In this document: one piece after another, positions 7,341-17,098 of the stretch
Layout of the letters: the number at the start of each line of letters is the position of its first letter
Numbering within the stretch: position 1 is the stretch's first letter
Origin: Candidatus Paracaedimonas acanthamoebae
GTDB lineage: Bacteria; Pseudomonadota; Alphaproteobacteria; Caedimonadales; Caedimonadaceae
DNA: 32,000 nt
Reading direction: 5' to 3'
Assembly (NCBI GenBank): GCA_000743035.1
Contig: CP008936.1
Location: 240,001-272,000 of the forward strand
Made by a program: the position numbers and the translations under genes
The notes under the pieces: generated by a model
Seen by the model: the letters and a program-made list of their open reading frames with translations, nothing else
The model's database searches: none
What the model was told of the DNA's origin: nothing

Positions 7341-7910
7341 TTAGTTTAATAAATCAATCCAACCAATATTGCCATCAGAGCGCCGATAAATAAAATTTAT
7401 TTTTCCATGATTTTTATTTCGGAAAACCATCGCATTTTCATTGCTGAGATCAAGATGCATGACAGCATCTCCAACTGTTAAGGAAGGGATTTCCTTTTTT
7501 TGCTCGGCAATAATAATTGAAGCTTGTTCTTCATTATCAATTTCTTCTGTTCCTTGCCCATTCAAAACAAAATAAGGCAGTGTATCGGCAATTTGTTCGT
7601 GACTCTCGCGGTGTTTATGATAGTCAGCGACACGCTTTTTATGCCTTCTTAAGCGAGTTACGAGTAGCGATAAGGTATTATCAAAACACTGATAAGCTTC
7701 ATGTCCATAATTATGGCAACGTAAAGTCATGCTTTTCCCTAAGTGAAGGATAATATGGCAGGTAAATTGATTGTTTTCCTTAGCAAGTGTTACGGTTGCT
7801 TCAACGGGATCAATATGATGTATTGCATTAAACTCAATTAAATCCTTTTCAACTTTTGTGTGAAAAGCTGTCGAAATGTCGACATGACGCCCTGTAATTG
7901 TTAATTTCAT
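7341..7910 (-). CDS. hpf: Ribosome hibernation promoting factor, long form
   Basis: MKLTITGRHVDISTAFHTKVEKDL... is the typical HPF/RaiA N-terminal domain. The C-terminal dimerisation-type domain is present (VMHLDLSNENAMVFRNKNHGKINFIYRRSDGNIGWIDL). GAGG RBS. Confidence 0.9.
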   Translation of the reverse strand: MKLTITGRHVDISTAFHTKVEKDLIEFNAIHHIDPVEATVTLAKENNQFTCHIILHLGKSMTLRCHNYGHEAYQCFDNTLSLLVTRLRRHKKRVADYHKHRESHEQIADTLPYFVLNGQGTEEIDNEEQASIIIAEQKKEIPSLTVGDAVMHLDLSNENAMVFRNKNHGKINFIYRRSDGNIGWIDLLN

Positions 7911-8006
7911 TTAATTGCCTCGTTGATTTTTAGATTATTTTTCCACCTCACTACATTTATTAATATATCAAAAATAGAGGTAAAATACAAGATTTTCCCT
8001 CATTAT

Positions 8007-9500
8007 TTACTGATATTTTTCAAAAGTTTTTCGCATGAAAGGCGAGATTAAAAATATGACAATGCTGGCACTTAGGAGAAAGTAAAAGAGGAATTCAAAA
8101 GTTTCTGAAAAACCAATTAAGGAACCCAATTTATCATTGGCTTGAAGAGGCTGGTTTGGAGCACCAAAGATTCTTGCAAAAAGGGCCGCTAAATAGTTTC
8201 CAAAAGATGCGGAAAGAAAGAGAATACCCATTAGGAAGCTAACGAACCTCGGAGGTGATAGTTTTGTCACCATAGAAAGTCCAACAGGAGAAAGGCTTAG
8301 TTCTCCTAAGGCATGGAAAAAATAAGCAAAAATGAGCCAGATCGCAGACGCCATACCTTGAGTATCAGCTGTTTTTATGCCAATCATTAGACAGGCAAAA
8401 CCAATACCTCCTTGAAGAAGGCCTAGGCCAAATTTAGTTGGTGGGAGAGGTTCAAGCTTCCTTTTTCCAAGTTTTACCCAAATTGCAGAGATAATCGGTG
8501 CCATAGTAATTACAAAAAATGGTGGAATTGACTGGAACCAGGGAGCAGGAATTTCCCATCCAAAAATATATCGATTAATATGGCGAGCTGTGAATAAACT
8601 GATAGAACTTCCAGCTTGCTCAAAGCCTGCAAAAAAAATCATAAAAAAGAGAAGCATAATGAGAAGTGTAAGGATGGCTTTTCGTTCTTCATAATTGCAA
8701 CGATAAGCAATGCTTAGCACCCAAATTAGCGTTATAATTCCAAAGATGTTTAGAAAGTGTCCCATAACATGATGAAAATGGAGACATAGACTGAAAAGAG
8801 CAATGCTTATGAAGGAGCCAATTACGATGAGGCGGTAAGGGGTAAGGCCAAATCCTAGAGATTGATTTAAATTTGTTTTTGAAGGTGGATTTCCTTTGCT
8901 ATCAAGAATCCGAACACTTTTCAGGAGTACAAACATCCCCAAAAGCATTCCTACCCCGGCCATTCCGAAACCATAGTGCCATCCTAATGTTTTTCCGATA
9001 TATCCACATGCTAGCGGAGCAAGGCACGCACCTAAATTAATACCCATATAAAAGAGTGTAAAGCCTGCATCTCGACGAGCGTCCCCTTTTTCATAAAATT
9101 GCCCAAGGAGGCTGGTGATATTGGCTTTAAAAAAACCTGTTCCAACAATAATGAAAGCCAGACCATAGAATAATGATTCCTTGAAAGGTAAAGCTAAGCA
9201 AAAATGCCCTAGCATAATAATAATGCCACCTAAATAAATAGCTTTGCGATTTCCCAAGTAATTATCAGCAAGATATCCTCCCATGACAGGAGCTGCATAA
9301 ACCAGAGCAGTGTAGATACCATACACATTATATGCTTTTGTATCCTGGAAAAGAAGCTCATATGTCATATAGAGAATCAGGAGGGCTCTCATTCCATAAA
9401 AGCTAAAACGTTCCCATAGCTCAACAAAGAAAAGTATATACAATGCTTTCGGTTGTGAAGTTCCCAGTTGCTTTGGGACTCCTGCAAGCACTTTCTTCAT
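8007..9500 (-). CDS. Proton-dependent oligopeptide transporter (POT/PTR2 family di-/tripeptide permease)
   Basis: PTR2 signature region FVELWERFSFYGMRALLILYM, about 14 TM segments, length 497 aa. Confidence 0.9.
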   Translation of the reverse strand: MKKVLAGVPKQLGTSQPKALYILFFVELWERFSFYGMRALLILYMTYELLFQDTKAYNVYGIYTALVYAAPVMGGYLADNYLGNRKAIYLGGIIIMLGHFCLALPFKESLFYGLAFIIVGTGFFKANITSLLGQFYEKGDARRDAGFTLFYMGINLGACLAPLACGYIGKTLGWHYGFGMAGVGMLLGMFVLLKSVRILDSKGNPPSKTNLNQSLGFGLTPYRLIVIGSFISIALFSLCLHFHHVMGHFLNIFGIITLIWVLSIAYRCNYEERKAILTLLIMLLFFMIFFAGFEQAGSSISLFTARHINRYIFGWEIPAPWFQSIPPFFVITMAPIISAIWVKLGKRKLEPLPPTKFGLGLLQGGIGFACLMIGIKTADTQGMASAIWLIFAYFFHALGELSLSPVGLSMVTKLSPPRFVSFLMGILFLSASFGNYLAALFARIFGAPNQPLQANDKLGSLIGFSETFEFLFYFLLSASIVIFLISPFMRKTFEKYQ

Positions 9501-9738
9501 CCGTCGATTCCCTTTTCCCCATCATAATTAGCGACCTTAATAGACGCTATCTTGACTAATATAAGATAACAATCATATTTTTTACTAGAATACAACTTTT
9601 ATTGACTAAAGGTTAATCATCTTTTTTATGAAATTTTGGCTTGGTTTTGTAGTTTTTATTTTAAATTATGGTTAACAGAAATAAAGTCCTGGCAATTTTA
9701 CAATAAAAAAAACAGGGGTATTCATAACAGTCGAATGC

Positions 9739-9767
9739 AAAAAAGTCAGGAGCTGAAGCTCCTGACT
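9739..9767 (-). terminator. Rho-independent terminator of the 671-aa gene
   Basis: On the minus strand: agtcaggagc/ttca/gctcctgact followed by tttttt. A perfect 10-bp stem, 25 nt after the stop. Confidence 0.75.
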
Positions 9768-9791
9768 TGAGAGTAAAGATTTAATTAGCTT

Positions 9792-11807
9792 TTATAGTAG
9801 GTCTAAAGCGTCATCAATATCACGTAGGGAGGTTGCCCTATTAACGCCTCCTGTCATGACTTTTGTTATTGATAATGCTAAATCTTTTTCTTTTGTGAGG
9901 TTTTCAATTAGATCTTCTTGATCCTTATCCATTACTTCACTCATCTTTTGATTATAGGAGTTCACGATCATCTTATTTTTTCCTGTGAGAGCCTCAAGGG
10001 TTGCTTGCTGCACTTTATTGATAAAAAGCCCATGCCAAGGAGTGTCTTTAAAGTATTCTTCAGCCTCATAAATTGATGTTTCATAGAGGGGTTTTTGCAA
10101 ATTGTCGGAACCATAATTAAAACGACTCCCTTTAAGGCCTGTCTCTAGATCAATTTGGAACCCTGCCGCATTAGATGTATAGGTTTTTCCTGTCCAATTT
10201 TCGCCTGTTAAAGCTCTATACAGCCCTCTAAAGTAATAAGCTTTTGTAAGATCTGCATCTTTTTCAGGATCAAGATTAAGATTAGGCGGTGTAAGTATGA
10301 AATACTGGGCATAATCTTGGAAGAATATAGGGACGTCAACTCGAAGGTGGAGTGCGACTATATCTTTAAAAGCTCCTTGCATAAAATTATTGCTTTTAAA
10401 TTTTTCTTCAAGTTCCATAGTTGAAAAAGCGCCACCCCAAGTAGTCCAAGGCTTTTCTGCGTGTTCTGTAGTCGAAGCAGTGCTTCCCAAAGAGGTCAAT
10501 AGGCTCTGGTTATTTTGGTTGGTAAATTTAAGGACAGTAAATGTACGCCATAAATCTCTTTCTGACTCACTCATAGCACTTAAATTAGTGGGTTTTATTC
10601 CTAACACAGTTTGTTCAAATTCTTCTTTATTCCAGGGTGTTTCTGAGAGAACTGCCAGAGAATTTTCATGTGTAAGAGGTAACTTGGCGGAGGAGGTTGA
10701 TGTCTCTACGTCTGAAGGTAGCGCTGTCATAACGCCTGATAATACTGGTTGCTGGGATGAATCTTCCTTGTTAGTGAAAGAGTCGGTAATGGCTGTTGCC
10801 TTCTCCACTGAAATAGTTGAACTTGACGTTTCTTTGTCGTCTGTTGGGGTGTTAATTGGGCGAAGAGCACTAGAGTGGAGTACTGCTGGTAGGCTTCCTC
10901 TTGGACTTAATGTAGACACAGAATCAATGAGATCGAGTTGGCTATATTGAAGTTGTTCAACCTGTGTAGTCAATGTGCTGATCTGAGTATTAAGCCTTTC
11001 AAATTCTTCACGTGGCAGAATAACGCTATTTTCTGGAAATGCAGGCATTGCTACTTGAGGTTCAGCAATAACTTGAGCTTCTAATGGTTTAGCTTGAAGA
11101 TGATTTATTTTATCTTTTAATACGATTATTTCTTGCATTAATGCTTGATGTTTATTGTCTGCTTCTGCCGGAAGAGGGGCAATTTTTTTAGGGGCTTGAA
11201 GTTGTTTTATCTCTTCTTTTAATGCTTTTATTTCTTGTATTAATATTTGATGTTTATTGTCAGCTTCTGCTGGAAGAGGAGCAATTTTTTTAGGCGCTTG
11301 AGAATATTTTATTTCTTTTTTTGGTGCTTTTATTTCTTGCATTAATGCTTGACGTTTATTGTCTGTTTGTTTCTGAAAAAACGCAATGTTTTTAGGGGAT
11401 TGGCGTGTTGCCTTAATCGCTTGAAAAAATTTAGTAAGCTGGGTGCCTAACTTGCTTTTTTCTTTGTTATTGTTGCCATCTTGAGATTGAACGGTAAAGG
11501 TAGAGGCTAAATTTCGTAGGAAAAACGAAAAGGTATTCTGTTTTTCAAGCTTGAAAAGTTGGTTAGGTGTTTGTTGTTGGTGTGAAGTTTGTAAAACAGG
11601 ATGGCTAGGACGAAGCCTTTGAAATATTTGTGCGTTTATTGCTGGGATGATCATAGACTTAAGTGTTGGTTTAGAGCTTCCTTGTTGTAAGGCACTAAGA
11701 GCCTCATTTTGAGAGTTGAAAGGTATAAAAGCCTGGGCGGGATCAACTGCGCCAGATGTCAACATAATCGTTGTTGTGCTTAAAAATAATTTTTTAAAAT
11801 TTTTCAT
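9792..11807 (-). CDS. Secreted repeat-containing protein of unknown function (671 aa)
   Basis: Preferred start is ATG at complement 11805-11807 (GGGGAGA RBS 5 nt upstream). Signal peptide MKNFKKLFLSTTTIMLTSGAVDPAQA. Contains 34-aa tandem repeats, an S/T-rich linker and an unrecognised C-terminal domain of about 280 aa. Has its own terminator. Confidence 0.7.
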   Translation of the reverse strand: MKNFKKLFLSTTTIMLTSGAVDPAQAFIPFNSQNEALSALQQGSSKPTLKSMIIPAINAQIFQRLRPSHPVLQTSHQQQTPNQLFKLEKQNTFSFFLRNLASTFTVQSQDGNNNKEKSKLGTQLTKFFQAIKATRQSPKNIAFFQKQTDNKRQALMQEIKAPKKEIKYSQAPKKIAPLPAEADNKHQILIQEIKALKEEIKQLQAPKKIAPLPAEADNKHQALMQEIIVLKDKINHLQAKPLEAQVIAEPQVAMPAFPENSVILPREEFERLNTQISTLTTQVEQLQYSQLDLIDSVSTLSPRGSLPAVLHSSALRPINTPTDDKETSSSTISVEKATAITDSFTNKEDSSQQPVLSGVMTALPSDVETSTSSAKLPLTHENSLAVLSETPWNKEEFEQTVLGIKPTNLSAMSESERDLWRTFTVLKFTNQNNQSLLTSLGSTASTTEHAEKPWTTWGGAFSTMELEEKFKSNNFMQGAFKDIVALHLRVDVPIFFQDYAQYFILTPPNLNLDPEKDADLTKAYYFRGLYRALTGENWTGKTYTSNAAGFQIDLETGLKGSRFNYGSDNLQKPLYETSIYEAEEYFKDTPWHGLFINKVQQATLEALTGKNKMIVNSYNQKMSEVMDKDQEDLIENLTKEKDLALSITKVMTGGVNRATSLRDIDDALDLL
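11091..11363 (-). repeat. In-frame tandem repeat, 102-bp period, about 2.6 copies
   Basis: Units start at 11129, 11231 and 11333 on +. They encode DNK(R/H)Q(A/I)L(M/I)QEI...QAPKKIAPLPAEA three times, the last truncated. Confidence 0.85.
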
Positions 11808-12219
11808 TGTTTTCTCCCCGTAAATCAATTGACAAGATTCTTCTATTCGAGATTTTTCTCGTTATGTTTATTTGTTTTTTATTTTGGTGTATCTGTATGA
11901 CTGTTTAATTATTTGGTATTTAACAAGTATACAGAATAATAGAATTAATCAGGTGTAGTAATAAGTTTTTTCATTCTAAGTCTCCCCGTTTATATTAAAA
12001 CTTTATTATGTTATTATTTTTACATAATATTGTTTTTTATTTATAAATGTTCTGGTTATTTTTCCAGAATCATTTTTTATTCTGCTTTATTTTTATTTGA
12101 GCATTAAATATAGATTTATATATTACTATATATTTGTCAAGTTATTTTTCATGTAAAAATAATTTTTACTTGTTTATTTAAAGTAATAATTAAAATTGTA
12201 TAGTAATTAATATTTTTAA

Positions 12220-13899
12220 TTATTGCCTTATGAGGGGTTTATATTTTATTTTTTGAGGGGAGTTAATAGATCCTAGGCGCCGTTCCCGATCAACTATATA
12301 ATCTGAATAATTTCCTTGAAACCATTCTATATGGCTATTTCCCTCAAAGGCGAGGATATGTGTCGCGATACGATCTAAAAACCAACGGTCATGGCTAATA
12401 ATAATAGCACATCCTGCATAGTCCTCGAGAGCTTCTTCTAAAGCGCGCAGAGTTTCAACATCAAGATCATTTGTTGGTTCGTCAAGAAGAAGAACATTAG
12501 ATCCTGACTTAAGTACTTTTGCTAGATGTACGCGATTTCGTTCTCCTCCCGACAGGAGGCCGACTTTCTTCTGCTGGTCAGAACCTTTAAAGTTAAAACG
12601 AGCACAGTAAGCGCGGCTTGCCATTTTTGAGCGTCCTAACTCTATTTCATCAAGGCCACCAGAAATTTCTTCCCAAACAGTTTTATTGTCGTCTAAAGCA
12701 TCACGGCTTTGATCCACATAACCTAGCTTCACTGTTTCGCCAAATTTCAAAGTTCCTTTATCGGGGGTTTCTTGGTTACTTAGTATACGAAAAAGAGAGG
12801 TTTTTCCTACGCCGTTTGGGCCAATTACACCGACAATAGCTCCTGCAGGAATTTGAAAATTTAAATCTTCAATAAGTAGCTTATCCTCAAATCCTTTGAA
12901 GAGGTGCTGGCATTCAATGACAAGATCTCCAAGGCGAGGGCCCGCTGGAATAATGATCTGTTCAGTAAAAGTTCTTTTCTCATGGCTTTTTGCTAAGAGT
13001 TCTTGATAAGCAGAAATACGTGCTTTACTTTTACTTTGGCGCGCTTTAGGGGATTGTCGAATCCAATCTAACTCTCGTTCAAGTGTTTTTTGGCGATCAA
13101 TTTCTTGTTTTTCTTCTTGCTCAAGAAGTTTTCTCTTGTGCTCAAGCCAGCCCGAGTAATTGCCTTTAAAAGGAATGCCTTGTCCTCGGTCTAATTCTAA
13201 AATCCATTCAACAACATTATCTAGGAAGTAACGATCGTGTGTAACAAGAACAACCATACCTTTATAGTTTTGTAGAAATTTTTCGAGCCATGCCACAGAT
13301 TCAGCATCAAGATGGTTTGTTGGCTCATCTAGCAAGAGGATGTCTGGATGTTGGAGAAGAAGCCTGCAAAGAGCAACGCGACGTTTTTCTCCTCCTGAAA
13401 GTTGGTTTACTTGGGCATCGCCACGGGGGCAGCGGAGGGCATCCATCGCAATTTCTATTGTACGATCTAATTCCCATGCATTAAGGGCTTCAATTTTTTC
13501 TTGAATTTCACCTTGTTCAGCAATGAGGTCGTTCATTTCATCATCGGAAAGTTCTTCTGCAAAGCGCGCGCTAAGTGCTTCAAAACGTTCTAGTAAAGCT
13601 TTTGCTTCATGGACGCCTGCCATAATATTACCGAGAACATCGAGATTTGAATCAAGTTCAGGTTCTTGGGAAAGATAACCCACTTTAGTGCCCTCGGCTG
13701 GCCATGCTTCTCCTTGGAATTCTTTGTCAATACCTCCCATGATTTTCATTAATGTTGATTTGCCGGCTCCATTCACGCCAATAATTCCAATTTTCGCATC
13801 GGGCAAAAAAGATAGAGAAATATCTTTCAATACTTGGCGCCCGCCTGGATACGTTTTACTTAAGCCTTGCATAACATAGATATATTGATAAGACGCCAT
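12220..13899 (-). CDS. ettA: ABC-F translational throttle ATPase EttA
   Basis: From ATG at complement 13897-13899: [65 protein letters not shown]..., which is collinear with EttA. Two ABC cassettes, 559 aa. The track's 68-codon N-terminal extension is unlikely. Confidence 0.9.
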   Translation of the reverse strand: MASYQYIYVMQGLSKTYPGGRQVLKDISLSFLPDAKIGIIGVNGAGKSTLMKIMGGIDKEFQGEAWPAEGTKVGYLSQEPELDSNLDVLGNIMAGVHEAKALLERFEALSARFAEELSDDEMNDLIAEQGEIQEKIEALNAWELDRTIEIAMDALRCPRGDAQVNQLSGGEKRRVALCRLLLQHPDILLLDEPTNHLDAESVAWLEKFLQNYKGMVVLVTHDRYFLDNVVEWILELDRGQGIPFKGNYSGWLEHKRKLLEQEEKQEIDRQKTLERELDWIRQSPKARQSKSKARISAYQELLAKSHEKRTFTEQIIIPAGPRLGDLVIECQHLFKGFEDKLLIEDLNFQIPAGAIVGVIGPNGVGKTSLFRILSNQETPDKGTLKFGETVKLGYVDQSRDALDDNKTVWEEISGGLDEIELGRSKMASRAYCARFNFKGSDQQKKVGLLSGGERNRVHLAKVLKSGSNVLLLDEPTNDLDVETLRALEEALEDYAGCAIIISHDRWFLDRIATHILAFEGNSHIEWFQGNYSDYIVDRERRLGSINSPQKIKYKPLIRQ

Positions 13900-14594
13900 C
13901 TGATGAGCTCCACAGTTATTGGAAAAATTAATAATTCTTTGTACTGGATGTCGAGAGAATGGGCAAGCGTAAGTACTAATTTTTTTGATAAAATACATGA
14001 AGAAAAAAGGGAGAAATGTTATTCCTTTATTGAAGAAGCCCTTAAAGGGGGCTATTTTTTGAACGATACTATGCACTATCTTCACAAATCTAATCTCATA
14101 CAAGGGAAGGGTAGGTCTCTTTAAGGTAGATATTTAAATCAGGTGTCTTTACCTTTTACCAATTTGTAGAATCGGCAATTAATGTCACTATAGATCATCA
14201 CTAATTCTAAAAGACAAGACAGTAGCAATGGATTCATCCGGGAAGCTAAGCAAAAGAGAAGCCTGTGCAGCTTGTGAAGTAGTCGGTTGAGGAACTTTAT
14301 TTTCTACTAGATCTTCGCGTTCGTCGACTTCGCTACCTTCTGCCCTAAAGAGAGCTAATAAAAGACTGAATAAAATAAAGGAAATTAATGCAGACAGTAA
14401 GCTTTTATGCCTTTATCGAACATCATCCAATTTGTAATATGAGCACTATATGCAGATTTTATGTCAATAATACAATTATTTTATGGTAAGTCTCAGTTAT
14501 AAATTATTTGTTTTTTCATAGATTATTTTTTTAGTATTACAGAAATAAAAATATGCAAATGATGGATTGATTAATCTAAAAAAATTTTAAATAA

Positions 14595-14626
14595 TCATTT
14601 ATCATTCACTAATGAATGATAAATGA
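14595..14626. promoter_or_regulatory. Perfect 14-bp inverted repeat (candidate operator or 5'-UTR hairpin) upstream of the MFS gene
   Basis: TCATTTATCATTCA ctaa TGAATGATAAATGA. It lies directly downstream of a possible promoter (TTGATT 14567-14572, 17 nt, AATAAT 14590-14595) and 22 nt upstream of ATG 14649. Confidence 0.4.
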
Positions 14627-14648
14627 ATTGAATAATAGAGGAAAAGTA

Positions 14649-15932
14649 ATGAAGAAGTTAAACAAGAAAATATTTTTGGCTTCAATGATTGGAAATGCTC
14701 TAGAATTTTATGATTTTACTATTTATGGTTTCTTTGTTGCAATTATCTCTCCTGTATTTTTTCCTGCAACAGACCCTTTGACCTCACTTATTTCGGGATT
14801 TGGGGTTTTTGCCATAGGATTTCTCACACGCCCTCTAGGGGCGATTTTCTTTGGACATATAGGTGATAAATTTGGTCGTAAGAAGGCTTTATCTCTTACC
14901 ATTATATGGATGGCAATACCGACAGTCATTATTGGGTTGCTTCCAACCTACCAGCAAATAGGAATTGCAGCCCCAATCCTACTAACGCTTTGTAGAATTG
15001 TTCAAGGTTTCTCTGCAGGAGGGGAATATAATGGGGCAGGTATATTTGTGATAGAACATTCCCCTGAAAATAAAAGAGGGTTTTTGGGGGCGCTGCTAAC
15101 ATCATCTGGATCAATAGGAGCTCTTTTAGCGTCAGGGATTGGTATGCTTTTTACGCTTCCTTTTATGCCGTCTTGGGGCTGGCGCATTCCATTTTTTTTA
15201 GGCGGTCTCATTGCTGTTGTAGGACTTTATGTGCGTCGGCAAATTGATGAAAGTCCAGAATTTAGACAGGCATATTCGCAAAAAAAGTCACATACTTTAC
15301 CTGTATTTTCGGTTTTTAAAGAAAATAAGATTTCTTTCCTTTGTACCATCGGCATAGGTGCAATGGCGACTGTACCCTTTTATATTATTCTAGCCTATAT
15401 GAACCCAATGTTGCTTACAAAAGGAAAAGTTATTGCTTCCACCATGATGCTTATAAATGCACTCATGTCTGTAATTTGTATAATAAGTCTTCCTCTTATG
15501 GGGCATTTAGCAGACAAGATTGGTGAGGCAAAGGTTATGATGTGTGCTGCAATTCTTATGATTGTTTTTGCATACCCTTTCTTTTGGGTTTTTGAGCAGG
15601 GATCATTAATTTCAATAATCTTATTTCAAGCTGTTATCATGATTTTAACTGAAGCTTATACGGGCCCTTCGAATGCTTTTATGTATAAGTTATTTAATAC
15701 ATCAAAAAGGTATACGGGAGTCGCTCTGGGATATACACTTGGGCTTGCAATTTTTGGTGGAACAACACCTTATATCTCAGCCAAATTAACCAAATATTTT
15801 GAGTGCCCATATATGCCAGCATTTTATTTAATAGGTGTTGGAATGTTTGGCCTTATGAGTGCTATATGGGGAAGGAGGCGTACTCACAAGGTGTCTAATA
15901 TAGGTGAGGTTTTGTTAAGCTCGCAAAATTGA
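14649..15932 (+). CDS. MFS transporter, metabolite:H+ symporter (MHS; ProP/KgtP-like) family
   Basis: MKKLNKKIFLASMIGNALEFYDFTIYGFF... is the typical MHS N-terminus, and GHIGDKFGRKK is the MFS loop motif. 12 TM-like segments. Start at 14649 is preferred (GAGGA RBS) over the track start at 14616. Confidence 0.85.
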   Translation: MKKLNKKIFLASMIGNALEFYDFTIYGFFVAIISPVFFPATDPLTSLISGFGVFAIGFLTRPLGAIFFGHIGDKFGRKKALSLTIIWMAIPTVIIGLLPTYQQIGIAAPILLTLCRIVQGFSAGGEYNGAGIFVIEHSPENKRGFLGALLTSSGSIGALLASGIGMLFTLPFMPSWGWRIPFFLGGLIAVVGLYVRRQIDESPEFRQAYSQKKSHTLPVFSVFKENKISFLCTIGIGAMATVPFYIILAYMNPMLLTKGKVIASTMMLINALMSVICIISLPLMGHLADKIGEAKVMMCAAILMIVFAYPFFWVFEQGSLISIILFQAVIMILTEAYTGPSNAFMYKLFNTSKRYTGVALGYTLGLAIFGGTTPYISAKLTKYFECPYMPAFYLIGVGMFGLMSAIWGRRRTHKVSNIGEVLLSSQN

Positions 15933-16807
15933 GCTTTGAAAAAGGTTGCTAATCTGTCAATAATGCTATTACCTTTCCAATAGGTAGGATAGGTTAAACA
16001 CATGGGGACAGTTGGTCCTTTGATTTCAGGTAAAACTCTTTCTAGCTGATAGCCGGCTGCTCTAATATTTTCTTCTGACAAAGAGATAATGCCAAGTCCA
16101 TGGTGTGCTGCTTTTAGAAGGCCAAGTGTAGAGTTAATACACATTTGTTTTGGAATAGTCACATTAGAATCTTTAAGATACCAATTGAGATTAGGATAAG
16201 TCATCTGATCAAGTTCTTTTGTAAAAAGTATCACTTTATGTTTCTGTAGGTCAGAAAGAGATTTTGGGTGACCATATTGCTCAAGATATTTTTTTGAAGC
16301 CCACAATCCGACATGAAAGTCTAAAAGAGGTACTTGATAAAAATTTTTGTTTTTTTCATCGGAAGAAGGCGATATAGAGATAATATTCTCTTTTAAATCT
16401 CGTGTTAAGAGATTGTTATTTGCAATTAAATTCAGTTGAATATTTGGATAAGTTTCTTGTAGCTTAGGGATCATGAATACGATCCAATTTTCAATCAAGG
16501 AATGAGTTGTATGGATCGTAATATTTCCGCTATTTAACTCAGGATCAGTATTCATCACCTGTTTTAAATTATCAAAAATCCCGAAAACTTGAGGAAGCGC
16601 CTCAAATAGAACTTTTCCTTGCCTTGTTAAAGACATATTGCTATGCCCGGGTTTTCGCTCAATTAAGCGGTACCCAAATTCTTTTTCTAAAGCGGAAAGT
16701 TCTCGAGAAATTTTGGCAACTGAAAGCTTATTAGACATAGAAAGTTTGCGAAAACTTTCAGTGAATACTAAATCATAAAAAATGCGAAGCTGCTCTAGTT
16801 CCATCAT
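15884..16807 (-). CDS. LysR-family transcriptional regulator
   Basis: N-terminal wHTH (MMELEQLRIFYDLVFTESFRKLSMSNKLSVAKISRELSALEKEFGYRLIERK) plus a substrate-binding-like C-terminal domain. Start at M10/M11 (16807 or 16804) after GGAGAAA. The 3' end overlaps the MFS gene by 49 bp. Confidence 0.85.
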   Translation of the reverse strand: MMELEQLRIFYDLVFTESFRKLSMSNKLSVAKISRELSALEKEFGYRLIERKPGHSNMSLTRQGKVLFEALPQVFGIFDNLKQVMNTDPELNSGNITIHTTHSLIENWIVFMIPKLQETYPNIQLNLIANNNLLTRDLKENIISISPSSDEKNKNFYQVPLLDFHVGLWASKKYLEQYGHPKSLSDLQKHKVILFTKELDQMTYPNLNWYLKDSNVTIPKQMCINSTLGLLKAAHHGLGIISLSEENIRAAGYQLERVLPEIKGPTVPMCLTYPTYWKGNSIIDRLATFFKAQFCELNKTSPILDTL

Positions 16808-16875
16808 TTTCTCCAAAAAAATTATTCTTAACATAAAAAAATAAAGGAAGGAATTTTTTTAATGTTGACAAAATG

Positions 16876-16887
16876 AAACATATGTTT
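16876..16887. promoter_or_regulatory. 12-bp perfect palindrome upstream of the LysR gene (candidate autoregulatory site)
   Basis: AAACATATGTTT, 69-80 nt upstream of the LysR start codon. Position-based guess only. Confidence 0.2.
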
Positions 16888-17050
16888 TAATTATTGAATC
16901 AGAGAGTGTCATTGGTTTTTGAAGATGGTTCTCAATTCTCAAGAGTTTTCTGCATAAGCTTAGCTAGCAGTAAAATAACTTAGGGAGTTGACTTCAAAAA
17001 AAACCATGAAAGTTCTAAACTAAAGCTTTGGCTTTTTAGAGTTAAAGCAT

Positions 17051-17098
17051 GTAGAAGGAGAGAGTTCTTCCTCCCCAATCTCCCATCTCTCCTTCTAC
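17051..17098. repeat. Perfect 13-bp-stem hairpin (purine/pyrimidine-rich), possibly another repeat module
   Basis: gtagaaggagaga / 22-nt loop / tctctccttctac, with no U-tract on either strand. The adjacent catctctcc...tcctcatttatgaga resembles 3341-3368 in the repeat island. Confidence 0.4.

Noticed and set aside
7517-7753. 78-aa ORF antisense to hpf
   Set aside because: It is antisense to a confidently identified gene and is of chance-ORF length.
10390-10950. 186-aa ORF antisense to the 671-aa secreted protein gene
   Set aside because: The sense frame is far longer (672 codons) and has an RBS, signal peptide and terminator. The antisense ORF has no start context, and its composition mirrors the S/T-rich sense region.
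13900-14103. 68-codon N-terminal extension of ettA in the track ORF (and the + strand ORFs at 12618, 13290, 13688 and 13867)
   Set aside because: EttA homology starts exactly at MASYQYIY (ATG 13897-13899), which has a GGAG upstream. The extension is hydrophobic junk, and the + strand ORFs are antisense to ettA.
14723-15526. ORFs 14723-14929, 14929-15114 and 15002-15211 (-) and 15341-15526 (+) within the MFS gene
   Set aside because: They are antisense to or out of frame within a 12-TM MFS gene that has family motifs.
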